From NCBI GenBank assembly GCA_029856145.1, contig JAHQWK010000025.1, forward strand, positions 30,582 through 94,581: a stretch of DNA of 64,000 bases, in the 5' to 3' direction. Below the pieces are notes generated by a model. That model saw nothing but the letters and a program-made list of their open reading frames with translations, was not told the origin of the DNA and made no database searches. Positions 19,716 through 29,877 of this stretch are shown here, piece after piece. Position 1 is the stretch's first letter; the number at the start of each line of letters is the position of its first letter. The DNA is from Promethearchaeia archaeon (GTDB lineage: Archaea; Asgardarchaeota; Lokiarchaeia; Sigyniarchaeales; SOKP01). A program made the translations under genes and the position numbers.

Positions 19716-20567
19716 ATGGCAAAAGAAAAGTTGATAAAAAAACAACCTTTTAAAGGTAAAGTCGCATTTCTTATTGGTGCTTCAACTGGAATGGGAAGAG
19801 CTATTGCAAAAGATTTTGTACAACTAGGTGGTAGTGTACTAATAATTGCTAGACGTCAGAATGTCTTAGAAGAAACTGCTAAAGAGATCCAGCAAAAAAT
19901 TTCAGATAAATCTCAATTTGTAGAATCTATATCGTGCGATGCTACAGACATGGAGAAATTGAAACCATTGCTAGAAGATTTTATTAAAAATCATGGATTA
20001 CCAGATTATTTATTCAATCTAGTAGGCCGTGCTATCCCTGGTTATATTGAACAATACACTCTTGAAGATTTTAAAGAAAACATGAATATGAATTATTTTG
20101 GTCAATTAATACCTACTCTTATTCTTCTCCCATATTTTATGAGAGAGAAGAAAGGACATCTAATCTACTTTTCATCTATTTTAGGGTATTTGGGAATGAT
20201 GGGATTTTGTGCATATGTCCCTACCAAATTTGCTATTGTAGGATTGGCAGAAGCTCTACGCAATGAATTAAGACCATATAACATTAAATGTTCAATAGTA
20301 TATCCTCCCGATACAAATACACCAGGACTTAAAACAGAAAATGAGGGTAAAACACCAGAATGTGTGATGATGTCGGAAACTGGAGGTCTACTAGAGCCCA
20401 AGGAAGTCGCAGAATATGTTATCGAAAAAACTTTGAAAAATAAATTCCATATTTCTCCGGGTATGGCAAAAACGTTTCGTTACCTTCATAGAATTTTTCC
20501 TAAAGTTGTTAGATGGTATTTAGATCGAGACTACAAAAAAGCACGAAAAAAGTTGGGTAAAATATAG
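19716..20567 (+). CDS. SDR, KDSR (3-ketodihydrosphingosine reductase)-like subfamily
   Basis: GASTGMG, YVPTK and the YPPDTNTPG..EN..K signature of KDSR-like SDRs. Confidence 0.75.
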   Translation: MAKEKLIKKQPFKGKVAFLIGASTGMGRAIAKDFVQLGGSVLIIARRQNVLEETAKEIQQKISDKSQFVESISCDATDMEKLKPLLEDFIKNHGLPDYLFNLVGRAIPGYIEQYTLEDFKENMNMNYFGQLIPTLILLPYFMREKKGHLIYFSSILGYLGMMGFCAYVPTKFAIVGLAEALRNELRPYNIKCSIVYPPDTNTPGLKTENEGKTPECVMMSETGGLLEPKEVAEYVIEKTLKNKFHISPGMAKTFRYLHRIFPKVVRWYLDRDYKKARKKLGKI

Positions 20568-20585
20568 TTAAATCTAGTTTTTTTA

Positions 20586-21209
20586 TTATTTTTTTGCAAA
20601 GATATATCTAAATTTGTGAGTATGTAGACCAAGATCACCATGATTCTCTTTCTCTTCAATAATATTTGTTTCAATCACAGAAAATGCATTGAAATGTTTC
20701 AATATATCTTCTTTTGTAAAATAATGTGTAGGTCGATATGGCTTACTTTCGAAAGTGTTCTCTTCAATTTTAGTGCCTTTTCCAAAACGTTCTTCTTGTT
20801 CAGAAAATACTGAGAAAAATATAAAACCATTATCTCTTAGTTGGCTATAACATTTTTCTATAAACAAGGCTCGTTCATTTTTTAGTAATAAGTGTAATAG
20901 GTTATAGCAAAATATAGCATCATACATTTCATCATTGAAGGGCATATCTAACACAGAACCTAACATTAGTTTAGATTTTGAATCTAATTCTTTGGCTATA
21001 TTTAAGCCTATTTCAGAAATTTCAATACCTGTCACTTCATAATTATTTAATGAAAAGAATTTTGTGTGTCTTCCGTAACCACTCCCGGGAATTAAAATTT
21101 TTTTAATATCATAGTTTTTGAATAATTTAAGGGCATAAATTGCAGTTTTACTAGGTTCAATTCCCCAAATTTTTCCTTTACCTGAGAACCTCTTGTTCCA
21201 ATATTCCAT
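20586..21209 (-). CDS. Class I SAM-dependent methyltransferase
   Basis: ILIPGSGYGRH motif I; 'MPF...YDAIF'. Confidence 0.88.
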   Translation of the reverse strand: MEYWNKRFSGKGKIWGIEPSKTAIYALKLFKNYDIKKILIPGSGYGRHTKFFSLNNYEVTGIEISEIGLNIAKELDSKSKLMLGSVLDMPFNDEMYDAIFCYNLLHLLLKNERALFIEKCYSQLRDNGFIFFSVFSEQEERFGKGTKIEENTFESKPYRPTHYFTKEDILKHFNAFSVIETNIIEEKENHGDLGLHTHKFRYIFAKK

Positions 21210-21328
21210 AGATGCTTAAAAGTTATTAAATTAGAAGATTTATTTATTCAAAATAAAAATATATTAATAAATATTAAAATTTCTATTTAATTGATTCAAT
21301 GTTAAAATATAAGGAATGAAACCAGAAA

Positions 21329-22456
21329 TTGAAAAACATCCATAACAAAGTAAAAAAAATCGGTTTAATTGTAAATCCTATTTCCGGAATGGGTGGCAGT
21401 GTAGGACTTAAAGGCACTGATGGTGATATTTACAAAAAAGCTATAGAAATGGGTGCTACTCCTATTGCACCAGACAGAGTAAGTGAATTATTATCTCAAA
21501 TTAAACGAAAAAATGAAATTTTTTTTCTTGTAGCACCGGGCATAATGGGGGCAGATTATATCAAGGATCAAGGATATAATTTCGATATCATAGGAGAAAT
21601 TAGTGATCCTTCAGGTCCACAAGATACTAAAAGGATAGCAAAAAAAATGATCGATTCTACAATTGAATTATTAGTATTTTGCGGAGGAGATGGAACCGCA
21701 AGAGATATTTATGACGCTATTGGATTACAAAAGCCTGTGGTTGCAATCCCTGCGGGAGTAAAAATGTTTAGCTCTGTTTTTGCGCTTAATCCTAAAGCTG
21801 CGGCTCAAATTATAGATAAATTTATAGAAGAGTTTGTTGAGACACAAGAAAAAGAAGTATTAGATATTAATGAAGAACTTGTACGGAAGGATAAATTGGA
21901 ATCAAAATTATATGGATATTTGAAAGTGCCAAAAATCTTGAGTTTAATACAATCCAGTAAAGTTGGTTCAAAATTTGGAAAAACAGTGGAGCAAAATAAA
22001 CAAGAAATCGCGCAATTCATAGTTGAGAATATGACAAGTGATGTTTTATATTTATTAGGTCCAGGAACAACAGTAAAAACAATTGCAGATTATTTAAAAT
22101 CGCCAAAAACTCTCCTCGGAATTGATGCGATATACAATAAAAAGATAATCGGAAATGACTTAAATGAAATAGGTATACTTGAATTGCTAAAAGAGCATAA
22201 AATAGCCCAGATTATTATATCGCCCATAGGAGGTCAAGGTTTTATCTTTGGAAGAGGAAATAAGCAAATTACTCCACAAATTCTTAGAATAATAGGGAAA
22301 AATAACGTAAAAATTATAGCAACAGAAGAAAAACTGAAAGAACTCGAATGTTTAAGAATTGATACAGGTGATAATGAAGTTGACGATATATTTAAAGGCT
22401 TTACTAAAGTGATTATTGGATATAAAGAAGAATTAATAATAGAAATAAAATGTTAG
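21329..22456 (+). CDS. ATP-NAD kinase family protein (AcoX-like)
   Basis: VNPISGMGG.VGLKGTDG, GGDGTARD, GGQGFIFGRGNKQ. Confidence 0.88.
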   Translation: MKNIHNKVKKIGLIVNPISGMGGSVGLKGTDGDIYKKAIEMGATPIAPDRVSELLSQIKRKNEIFFLVAPGIMGADYIKDQGYNFDIIGEISDPSGPQDTKRIAKKMIDSTIELLVFCGGDGTARDIYDAIGLQKPVVAIPAGVKMFSSVFALNPKAAAQIIDKFIEEFVETQEKEVLDINEELVRKDKLESKLYGYLKVPKILSLIQSSKVGSKFGKTVEQNKQEIAQFIVENMTSDVLYLLGPGTTVKTIADYLKSPKTLLGIDAIYNKKIIGNDLNEIGILELLKEHKIAQIIISPIGGQGFIFGRGNKQITPQILRIIGKNNVKIIATEEKLKELECLRIDTGDNEVDDIFKGFTKVIIGYKEELIIEIKC

Positions 22457-22469
22457 TAAAATATTAATT

Positions 22470-24350
22470 TTAAATGATGTTAAGTTCCTTTAATTTTTTT
22501 TCAGAGGGTTTTCCGGTTTCCCAGTCCCATTCTCGCTGTTTATAATAGGTTCTTAAATTTTCTTCTAATTCTAATTTTACATGAACAGTTTTACCAGTTT
22601 TTAATTCTTGTTTTAGTATATTTGGTAATTTGTCGTCTTCCCTTGTAGTTCCTAGGCTACAATTTAATAATCTTTTTAAGTTATTTATTCGTTCTCCAAC
22701 TTTTAAAATTGATTTTTTGTCATAATTAAAACCAGTTGCAGAGTTTATGTGTCCTATAATATGATCTAAACTGAGACTGACAAAACTACAATTAATAGCA
22801 GAATCATCTATGGCTCTGATATCTTGTAAAGCAATAACTCCTTTTTCTCTCCCTTTGATTGACGATCTACTTTTGCCAATTTTTACACGTAATTCTGGAT
22901 AAGAAGCAGTTGTTATTTCTACGCTATACCAATCACACTTTTGATGATTTGCTCCCACACAACTTGTAATATAACTTAAAGCTTGCCCCGCAAACGCTCT
23001 TGGATCATGCATAGGCATTTCTAAGCCTTTCACATGAGCAGCTAATTCTGGATCAATTCCTAGTTCTTCAGCAATTAATCGGACACCTTCAGCTAGCAAG
23101 TTTCCTATCCCTTCCCGACGTGAAATCTTTTTAACCAAGTTTAATATTAATTTTCCATTGCCCCATTTTATCTCTTCGAGTTTGATATCATCTAAGAGTT
23201 TTTTTATTTCTACAATATTAAGATTATTTTCAACTAAATATATCAGAAAGGCAATACAGACCCCAGTTGATATTGTATCAATTCCATATAAGTTACATAA
23301 ATGGTTAGCTAAAATTACATCTTTAGAGTCAAATACACCACATAAAGGCCCAAATGCGGCTACGGTTTCATATTCAGGACCATCAACTTTTATTTCTTCA
23401 CCATTGTCTACAATAATCGTTTGCTTGCCACATTTCATAGTGCAACCAGCACACCCATAGTCTAATACGGGATATTCCTCTCTCAAAGTTTTTCCTGTTA
23501 ACTTTTCAGCCGGAAATTCTGTTTCTGTAAAATAATATGCAGGAGTATCTCCAAGAGCCATTCCAATATCGAGATAACAGTTTGTTCCATATAAAGTATA
23601 TAAAAGCGGTGTTGTCGACTGAAGAAGATTACCTATTTTTGCTTTCTCTGCTTTTTTTATTAATTCTTTACCTATATTTGGATCACTAATTTTGATTTTT
23701 ACAGTTCCATGAATAGCAATTGCTTTCAATTTCTTTGAACCCATTATTGTTCCCAACCCACATCTTCCAATAGCTCTCCCTTCATCATTTATAATCCCTG
23801 CGTATTTTACCAGATTTTCTCCAGCAATTCCTATAGTAGCAATCCTAACTTTATCATTTTTTAGCTCATTTTTAATTATTGATTGAGTTTCATAAGTATC
23901 TTTACCCCATAATTTACTTGCATCTTTAAATTCAATTTTTTCATCATGAATATATAAATAGATAGGATCTTTAGATTTTCCAACAATAACTAGAGCATCA
24001 AACCCACTATTCCTTAGTGAGATACAAAAAAATCCCCCCGATGTTCCTTCTCCCCAAATTCTTGTGAGGGGGGATATGCCAGTTACAGAATATCTCCCTG
24101 AAGAAGGTCTTATTGTTCCTGTTACAGGTCCAGTAGCGAAGATAAGTGGATTTTTTTCTGAAATGGGGTTATTTTTTAAAATTTCATAATCTTCATCTTT
24201 TAACCAATCATATGTTAATTTAGCACTTAACCCGGTACCACCTAGATAAGCTTTTGCTATTTGAGTATTTAAGTCTTTAAGCTCAACCTTTTGATTATTT
24301 AAATTAATATATGCAATTTTCCCATTATAACCAAACAATTGTTTGCTCAT
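22470..24350 (-). CDS. Tungsten aldehyde:ferredoxin oxidoreductase family protein
   Basis: GRCGLGTIMGSKKLKAIA, GPEYET, GIDTIS, HVKGLEMPMHDPR. Confidence 0.92.
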   Translation of the reverse strand: MSKQLFGYNGKIAYINLNNQKVELKDLNTQIAKAYLGGTGLSAKLTYDWLKDEDYEILKNNPISEKNPLIFATGPVTGTIRPSSGRYSVTGISPLTRIWGEGTSGGFFCISLRNSGFDALVIVGKSKDPIYLYIHDEKIEFKDASKLWGKDTYETQSIIKNELKNDKVRIATIGIAGENLVKYAGIINDEGRAIGRCGLGTIMGSKKLKAIAIHGTVKIKISDPNIGKELIKKAEKAKIGNLLQSTTPLLYTLYGTNCYLDIGMALGDTPAYYFTETEFPAEKLTGKTLREEYPVLDYGCAGCTMKCGKQTIIVDNGEEIKVDGPEYETVAAFGPLCGVFDSKDVILANHLCNLYGIDTISTGVCIAFLIYLVENNLNIVEIKKLLDDIKLEEIKWGNGKLILNLVKKISRREGIGNLLAEGVRLIAEELGIDPELAAHVKGLEMPMHDPRAFAGQALSYITSCVGANHQKCDWYSVEITTASYPELRVKIGKSRSSIKGREKGVIALQDIRAIDDSAINCSFVSLSLDHIIGHINSATGFNYDKKSILKVGERINNLKRLLNCSLGTTREDDKLPNILKQELKTGKTVHVKLELEENLRTYYKQREWDWETGKPSEKKLKELNII

Positions 24351-24371
24351 TTTTTAACCTCTGGTTTTTAA

Positions 24372-25658
24372 TTAAAAATCAATGATTCTTCCATCCCACG
24401 CAAATTCGAAAATTTTTCTGTATAGGTCTTCATTAATAGGACGATATGTTGTTAAAGTTACAGCATCATTAAGAGCGTAATCAGCTAACTTATCAATTTT
24501 TCCAAAATATTGTTCTTTTTGTATTTTTGGATCTTTAATGTCCTTAACACAAGTAGACCCATCAACTGAATGTATAAAATCTTTAATTGATTGAATAAGC
24601 TCATTTAATAAACTTTCTCTCTTTTTATTTTCAGTTTCGATACCGAAAATAGGACATAATTGGATCCATTTATCAGTAATTTTCGCCTTAAAAGCAATTC
24701 CATATGGTAAAAACATACTAACAGCAATACCATGATGAACCCCAAATATCTTACCAAAGCTATGACCTAAAGCATGATTTATTCCAGGAGCTTGGTTTCC
24801 ATATGAACCAAATGCAGCTAATGTTGAAGCAATTTGCATATGGCTTCGCGCTTCTATATCTCTTCCACCATACTTATAAGACCGAGGGAGATATTTTATA
24901 ATTTCTTCAATAGTTGTTTTATTTGTTGCATCAAAGTAGGGGTTACCCCAATTTGTTGTAAAAGACCCCATAGCATGTGCTAATGCATCTAAACCAGTAG
25001 CCATTGTTAAAAAAGGTGGCAAATCTTTTACAAATTCTGGATCTAATATAGTAATATCTGCTAATAATTCATCATGGACAACTTCTATTTTTTTTGGAGG
25101 ATCTCTGGTGGTATCAGTAATTAAAGCTGCCGTGGCAATTTCAGATCCAGTTCCTGCTGTAGTAGGTATAGCAATCAGATATTTAATCTTCTTACGTAAT
25201 CCAAGGGCTGCGCCAATGCTAGGCAAAATCATGAAAAGATTTTGTTTAGGTTTTTCATACTTTACTAAAACCATTTTAGCAGTATCGATAACACTCCCAC
25301 CCCCAATTGCAATGAGAATTTTGGGATGATATTGTTCGCAAATTTTAGCTCCTTCATCTATAGTTAATACTGGAACTTCTGGTAAAACACCAGACCATAC
25401 TTTATAATCCATATCAATTAATTTAAGGTAATCCTCTATATTTTTAACAAATTTTTGAGTAAATGAATCTGTAATGATTAAAGCTTTTCTTTCCTCCTTT
25501 TCAATAACTGCTTCTAAATATCTTGCTACTCTGAGTAGTGATGATTTACCTGTATATATTCTTGACAAGAAAAAATTTGTTTCTAATCCTCTTACCGCTC
25601 TAGCACCCAATATTGGCATCAGATCTTTAATTATTTTAGATTCATACCAAGTAGGCAT
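24372..25658 (-). CDS. Iron-containing alcohol dehydrogenase
   Basis: GGGSVIDTAK, IPTTAGTGSE, DALAHA, HALGH...HG. Confidence 0.92.
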   Translation of the reverse strand: MPTWYESKIIKDLMPILGARAVRGLETNFFLSRIYTGKSSLLRVARYLEAVIEKEERKALIITDSFTQKFVKNIEDYLKLIDMDYKVWSGVLPEVPVLTIDEGAKICEQYHPKILIAIGGGSVIDTAKMVLVKYEKPKQNLFMILPSIGAALGLRKKIKYLIAIPTTAGTGSEIATAALITDTTRDPPKKIEVVHDELLADITILDPEFVKDLPPFLTMATGLDALAHAMGSFTTNWGNPYFDATNKTTIEEIIKYLPRSYKYGGRDIEARSHMQIASTLAAFGSYGNQAPGINHALGHSFGKIFGVHHGIAVSMFLPYGIAFKAKITDKWIQLCPIFGIETENKKRESLLNELIQSIKDFIHSVDGSTCVKDIKDPKIQKEQYFGKIDKLADYALNDAVTLTTYRPINEDLYRKIFEFAWDGRIIDF

Positions 25659-25814
25659 CTTAACATATCCCCTTTATTATCTTAACAAAATTTTTTTTTG
25701 AGTAATAGATATTAAAGACAGATTCAATAAAAAAACATTTTTAATTCAAGCTGCGATACTATCTTAATTAGAAAAAGATGATTAGTTTAATTTACAAATT
25801 TTTGGTTTCGAAAT

Positions 25815-26798
25815 ATGAAGATTAGATTAAATATGAATGAAATGTACAAACTTCCTCCAAAAGAGGTAATAAATCCTGTAAAAGATTCTATCAATGAAAT
25901 CAATAGATATACTCCTCAAAAGGAAGTAGATATTTTAATTGAAAGCTTATCCCGTTATGTAAATATCCCACAAGAATCAATTTTTTTAAGTTCAGGCTCA
26001 GACTTGATCATAAAAGAATTCATTTTTCTATTTTCGAATAAGAGACAAATAGTAATTGCCGAACCAACCTTTGTTATTATCAATAATTCAGCTCAGAATG
26101 CTGAAAGCTCTTTGATAAAAATCAGGTTAAAAGAACCAGATTTTAAAGTGTCTTTAGAACCTCTACTTGAAGAATTTAAAAAACCATCATTAGTAGTTTT
26201 TGATAACCCAAATAATCCAACCGGAAGCTTACTACTTACTCAAAGTGATGTTGAGACTATTTTGCAGTATGAAAATGTTATTTTATTAATTGATGAGGCA
26301 TATTTTGAATTCTCAAAAGTAAGCTTTGTTGAATTAATAAATGATTACCCCAATCTCGCGATCTTAAGAACATTAAGTAAATCTTTTGGATTAGCAGGAT
26401 CAGGAATTGGATATCTGATTGCGGGAGATCTGATACGAAAAAAATTCCAAGGATTAGAGATAATGTTACCTTACCCAAGTGTAATTGCTGGGAGTAAAGC
26501 TCTAGAAAACCAGACTTACATGTTTGATTATACTAAGGAAGTAGAGAATGAAAAAAGAAGAATAATGAATTTTGCTGTAAAGTTAGGGATAACGGTTTAT
26601 CCAAGTTATACCAATTTTCTACTAATGAAAACGAACTTACATAACATCTCAGAAAAATTAGTAGAACGAGGAGTTTTAGTACATGATGCATCGAATCAAT
26701 TAGGATCAGAATTTTTCAGAGTCACCATAGGTTCTAAAAAAGAAAATGATTACTTTTTAGATTCTCTCAAAAATATTATTATCTACAACAAGGATTGA
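25815..26798 (+). CDS. Histidinol-phosphate aminotransferase family (class I/II PLP)
   Basis: NPNNPTG, DEAYFEF, RTLSKSFGLAG. Confidence 0.88.
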   Translation: MKIRLNMNEMYKLPPKEVINPVKDSINEINRYTPQKEVDILIESLSRYVNIPQESIFLSSGSDLIIKEFIFLFSNKRQIVIAEPTFVIINNSAQNAESSLIKIRLKEPDFKVSLEPLLEEFKKPSLVVFDNPNNPTGSLLLTQSDVETILQYENVILLIDEAYFEFSKVSFVELINDYPNLAILRTLSKSFGLAGSGIGYLIAGDLIRKKFQGLEIMLPYPSVIAGSKALENQTYMFDYTKEVENEKRRIMNFAVKLGITVYPSYTNFLLMKTNLHNISEKLVERGVLVHDASNQLGSEFFRVTIGSKKENDYFLDSLKNIIIYNKD

Positions 26799-26885
26799 TT
26801 AAAAATGTATTAAATTTAACAATATATCTTTTCTAATGTAATAATTAAATTATAAATAATTAAAATTTGAGTTAAACGTGATTAT

Positions 26886-27728
26886 ATGAGCGAAAAAATT
26901 ACTACTATTTCTGTAATTGGAGCAGGATATATGGGTCGACAAATTATTGAGAAATCTGCCTTATACGGATATAATATACATGTATTTGATGTAAGTCCTG
27001 AAGGATTAGAGGAATTTATTAGTGAAGTTAAAAAGAAAACTGAACGGAAAAAGATCAAAATTGATATAAAACTCTTTACTAGTATTTCTGAGGCAGTGAG
27101 AAATACAGATTTAATCATTGAGACAATTCCAGAGAAAATAGATTTAAAAAGAGAAATTTTTTCTCAGATTGATAAATTAGCTCCAACCAATGCTATAATA
27201 GCAACTAATAGTTCTTCCATTCCGATTTCAAAATTAGAAGAGGTTGTTGAACGGAAAGATAAAGTATTAAATATTCACTTCTACAACCTATTCACCATGC
27301 CGATGGCAGATATCATGCGGGGAACTAAAACTAGTCATGAGACTTTCCAGAAAGGGAAAGCTTGGTTAGAGAGTATTGAAATCCTTCCTCTTGAAGTAAA
27401 AAAAGAGTGTTATGGGTTTGTTCTTAATAGAATATGGAGAGCAATTAAAAAGGATTGTCTAAAGATTTGGGCAGGTGGATATGCTGACATTGAAACCGTA
27501 GATAAAGCGTGGAGTATCTTTTGTCAATATTTTATTAAAAATGATTATGGTCCATTTCAATTTATGGATCGAATTGGATTGGATGTAATTTATGATATAG
27601 AAATGTCTTATTTCAAAAATAGTGGATTCCCAGATGATAAACCACCGGATGCGCTTAAAGAAATGGTTGAAAGAGGGGAATTGGGGATTAAAACGGAGAA
27701 GGGATTCTATAATTATAAGACCAAATAA
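26886..27728 (+). CDS. 3-hydroxyacyl-CoA dehydrogenase family protein
   Basis: VIGAGYMG, IETIPE, ATNSSS, HFYN, GFVLNRI, GPF..MD.IGLD. Confidence 0.92.
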   Translation: MSEKITTISVIGAGYMGRQIIEKSALYGYNIHVFDVSPEGLEEFISEVKKKTERKKIKIDIKLFTSISEAVRNTDLIIETIPEKIDLKREIFSQIDKLAPTNAIIATNSSSIPISKLEEVVERKDKVLNIHFYNLFTMPMADIMRGTKTSHETFQKGKAWLESIEILPLEVKKECYGFVLNRIWRAIKKDCLKIWAGGYADIETVDKAWSIFCQYFIKNDYGPFQFMDRIGLDVIYDIEMSYFKNSGFPDDKPPDALKEMVERGELGIKTEKGFYNYKTK

Positions 27729-27793
27729 TTTTTTTTGAAATTTTAATTTAAAAAAGTAATTCTTATAGTCTTAATTTTTATTTAATATTAGAT

Positions 27794-28510
27794 ATGTCAG
27801 AAAAGAGAAAACAAGAAATTCATAGGATTAAAGAACTTGAAAGTATCAATTTGGCTACAGAAGATATTAGAGAATTTGTGATAGAGACCAAAAAAGAAGT
27901 TGAAAAAGATAATGAGCTATTAGCAAATCAGATAAACAATAAGCTCAAAAATAATGGTATAAAATCTATTGATATAGTTGGAGCGATAGGTGCTGGAAAA
28001 ACAGCAATTTTAGAAAAAATAGCGGAAAAAATATCAGAAAAATATAGAATCTTAGTCATCTGTGGTGATATTACTACTAGAGTTGATGCCGACAGAATAG
28101 AGAAACACAATGTCGATACAGTTCAAATAAATACTGGTCGAGAATGTGCTTTGAACGCATATCACATTCATCAAGTTCTTAAGAGTAAAGACTTAAACGA
28201 TTATGATTTAATTTTTGTGGAAAATGTTGGCAATCTCATTTGTCCTTCAGAGTTTAAACTAGGAACAGATAAAAGAATCACGGTTGTTTCGATTACTGAA
28301 GGTGAGTGGGTTATTGAGAAACATCCAATGCTCTTTAAAATGTCTGATATCGCTGTTATTAATAAAATTGATCTTTTAGAGAGATTGGGAACAAATCTTG
28401 ATAAAATGGTAAAGGATGCTAAGAATTTTAACCCAAACATAGAAGTAATAACAATAAGTGCTAAAACTGGCAAAAATATTGATTTGTTAATTGAAGCCTT
28501 AGAGCTATAG
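27794..28510 (+). CDS. hypB: Hydrogenase nickel incorporation GTPase HypB
   Basis: GAIGAGKT, QINTGREC, ENVGNLICP, NKIDL, SAKTG. Confidence 0.92.
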   Translation: MSEKRKQEIHRIKELESINLATEDIREFVIETKKEVEKDNELLANQINNKLKNNGIKSIDIVGAIGAGKTAILEKIAEKISEKYRILVICGDITTRVDADRIEKHNVDTVQINTGRECALNAYHIHQVLKSKDLNDYDLIFVENVGNLICPSEFKLGTDKRITVVSITEGEWVIEKHPMLFKMSDIAVINKIDLLERLGTNLDKMVKDAKNFNPNIEVITISAKTGKNIDLLIEALEL

Positions 28511-28530
28511 AAATTTATTAGTGAGGAAAA

Positions 28531-28965
28531 ATGAAAAAAGAACTAAAAGAAATTGAGAAAACAATTAGTAGTTTAGAGCTAAATTCTCAAACTCAGATTC
28601 AAGAATTATTGAATATATTCTTAAAAACGCATCTTAAACGAAGTAAAATTGACAACTTTATAGGTGATTATCCAACATTTATAGAACCTGTGCATCTTGA
28701 AGAGAATGTTAAAATTGGAGATGACGTACTTCTAGGACCAAATGTATTTATTGGAAAGAATTCAGAAATAAAAAATTACGTAGAAATATCAAACTCAATT
28801 ATTTTTGATAATGCTATTATTGGTGAAAACATAAAGATGGATAATTGTATTATTGGAAAAAATAGTTCACTGAGTTGTAAAAATACTCCGATAGATAATT
28901 GTGTTGTAGTCGGAAATGTGAAAACTAAAGAAGACCTTTACAAGATTATGTATAAATTTAAGTAA
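28531..28965 (+). CDS. Left-handed beta-helix (hexapeptide repeat) protein
   Basis: Hexapeptide repeats like an NDP-sugar pyrophosphorylase C-terminus, without the catalytic domain. Confidence 0.75.
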   Translation: MKKELKEIEKTISSLELNSQTQIQELLNIFLKTHLKRSKIDNFIGDYPTFIEPVHLEENVKIGDDVLLGPNVFIGKNSEIKNYVEISNSIIFDNAIIGENIKMDNCIIGKNSSLSCKNTPIDNCVVVGNVKTKEDLYKIMYKFK

Positions 28966-29006
28966 TGTAATTTATTCTTGAATTTCTATTTTAAATTAAA
29001 ATTAAT

Positions 29007-29831
29007 TTGGTTATAATTTTGAATGGGGATAAATATTTTGAGACAAATTTAAGAAGATGGAATGAACTTGTAGATATTAATGCTAAAGCCAAGTCATATG
29101 ATTTAGAAGGATTTAAATCTGGAAATATATCCTTATTTCCCATAGAGCTTGAAGAATTAGGAGATGTCAAGGGGAAATCGTTATTACATCTACAATGTCA
29201 TTTTGGAATGGATACACTCTCCTGGGCGAAATTGGGCGCTAAAGCAACAGGTATAGACTTTTCAGAGAAGGCGATTAACTTAGCAAAAAGTTTAAGTAGA
29301 GAACTTAATATTCCTGTGAGATTTATCAATGCAAATTTATACGATATTCCGAGTATATTAAATGAACAATTTGATATTGTATTTACTTCATATGGTACTA
29401 TTTGTTGGTTACCAGATATAGTTAAATGGGCTCAAATTATTAGCAATTGCTTAAAGACCGATGGAATTTTCTATATAATTGATGGACATCCTTTTGGTTT
29501 TATAATTGATGAAAATCAGGAGCCTTTTAAAGTAGGATTCAACTATTTTTCTGAGGGAACACCAGTATTTTTCGATGAGGGCGGTGCTTATGCAGATCCT
29601 TCGGCAGATCTAAAAAATCAAGCTTCATATCAATGGGACCATCCTATGAGCGATATAATAAATGCTATATTAAATGCAGATTTAGAGATAGATTTTCTTC
29701 ATGAATTTCCATTTACATTTTTTAATATACACCCTGATATGAAAATAAGAGAAGATGGATATTGGGAATTCCAAAACTTAAAATTCTCTGTTCCAATGAT
29801 GTTCTCAATCAAGGCACATAAAAAAATTTAG
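29007..29831 (+). CDS. Class I SAM-dependent methyltransferase
   Basis: LLHLQCHFGMDTLSWA...G.DFS, FDIVFTSYG..CWLPD. Confidence 0.9.
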   Translation: MVIILNGDKYFETNLRRWNELVDINAKAKSYDLEGFKSGNISLFPIELEELGDVKGKSLLHLQCHFGMDTLSWAKLGAKATGIDFSEKAINLAKSLSRELNIPVRFINANLYDIPSILNEQFDIVFTSYGTICWLPDIVKWAQIISNCLKTDGIFYIIDGHPFGFIIDENQEPFKVGFNYFSEGTPVFFDEGGAYADPSADLKNQASYQWDHPMSDIINAILNADLEIDFLHEFPFTFFNIHPDMKIREDGYWEFQNLKFSVPMMFSIKAHKKI

Positions 29832-29877
29832 CAGAGAGCAAAATAAAAAAAGAAAAGGTGTAAAATTAATTATAGAT

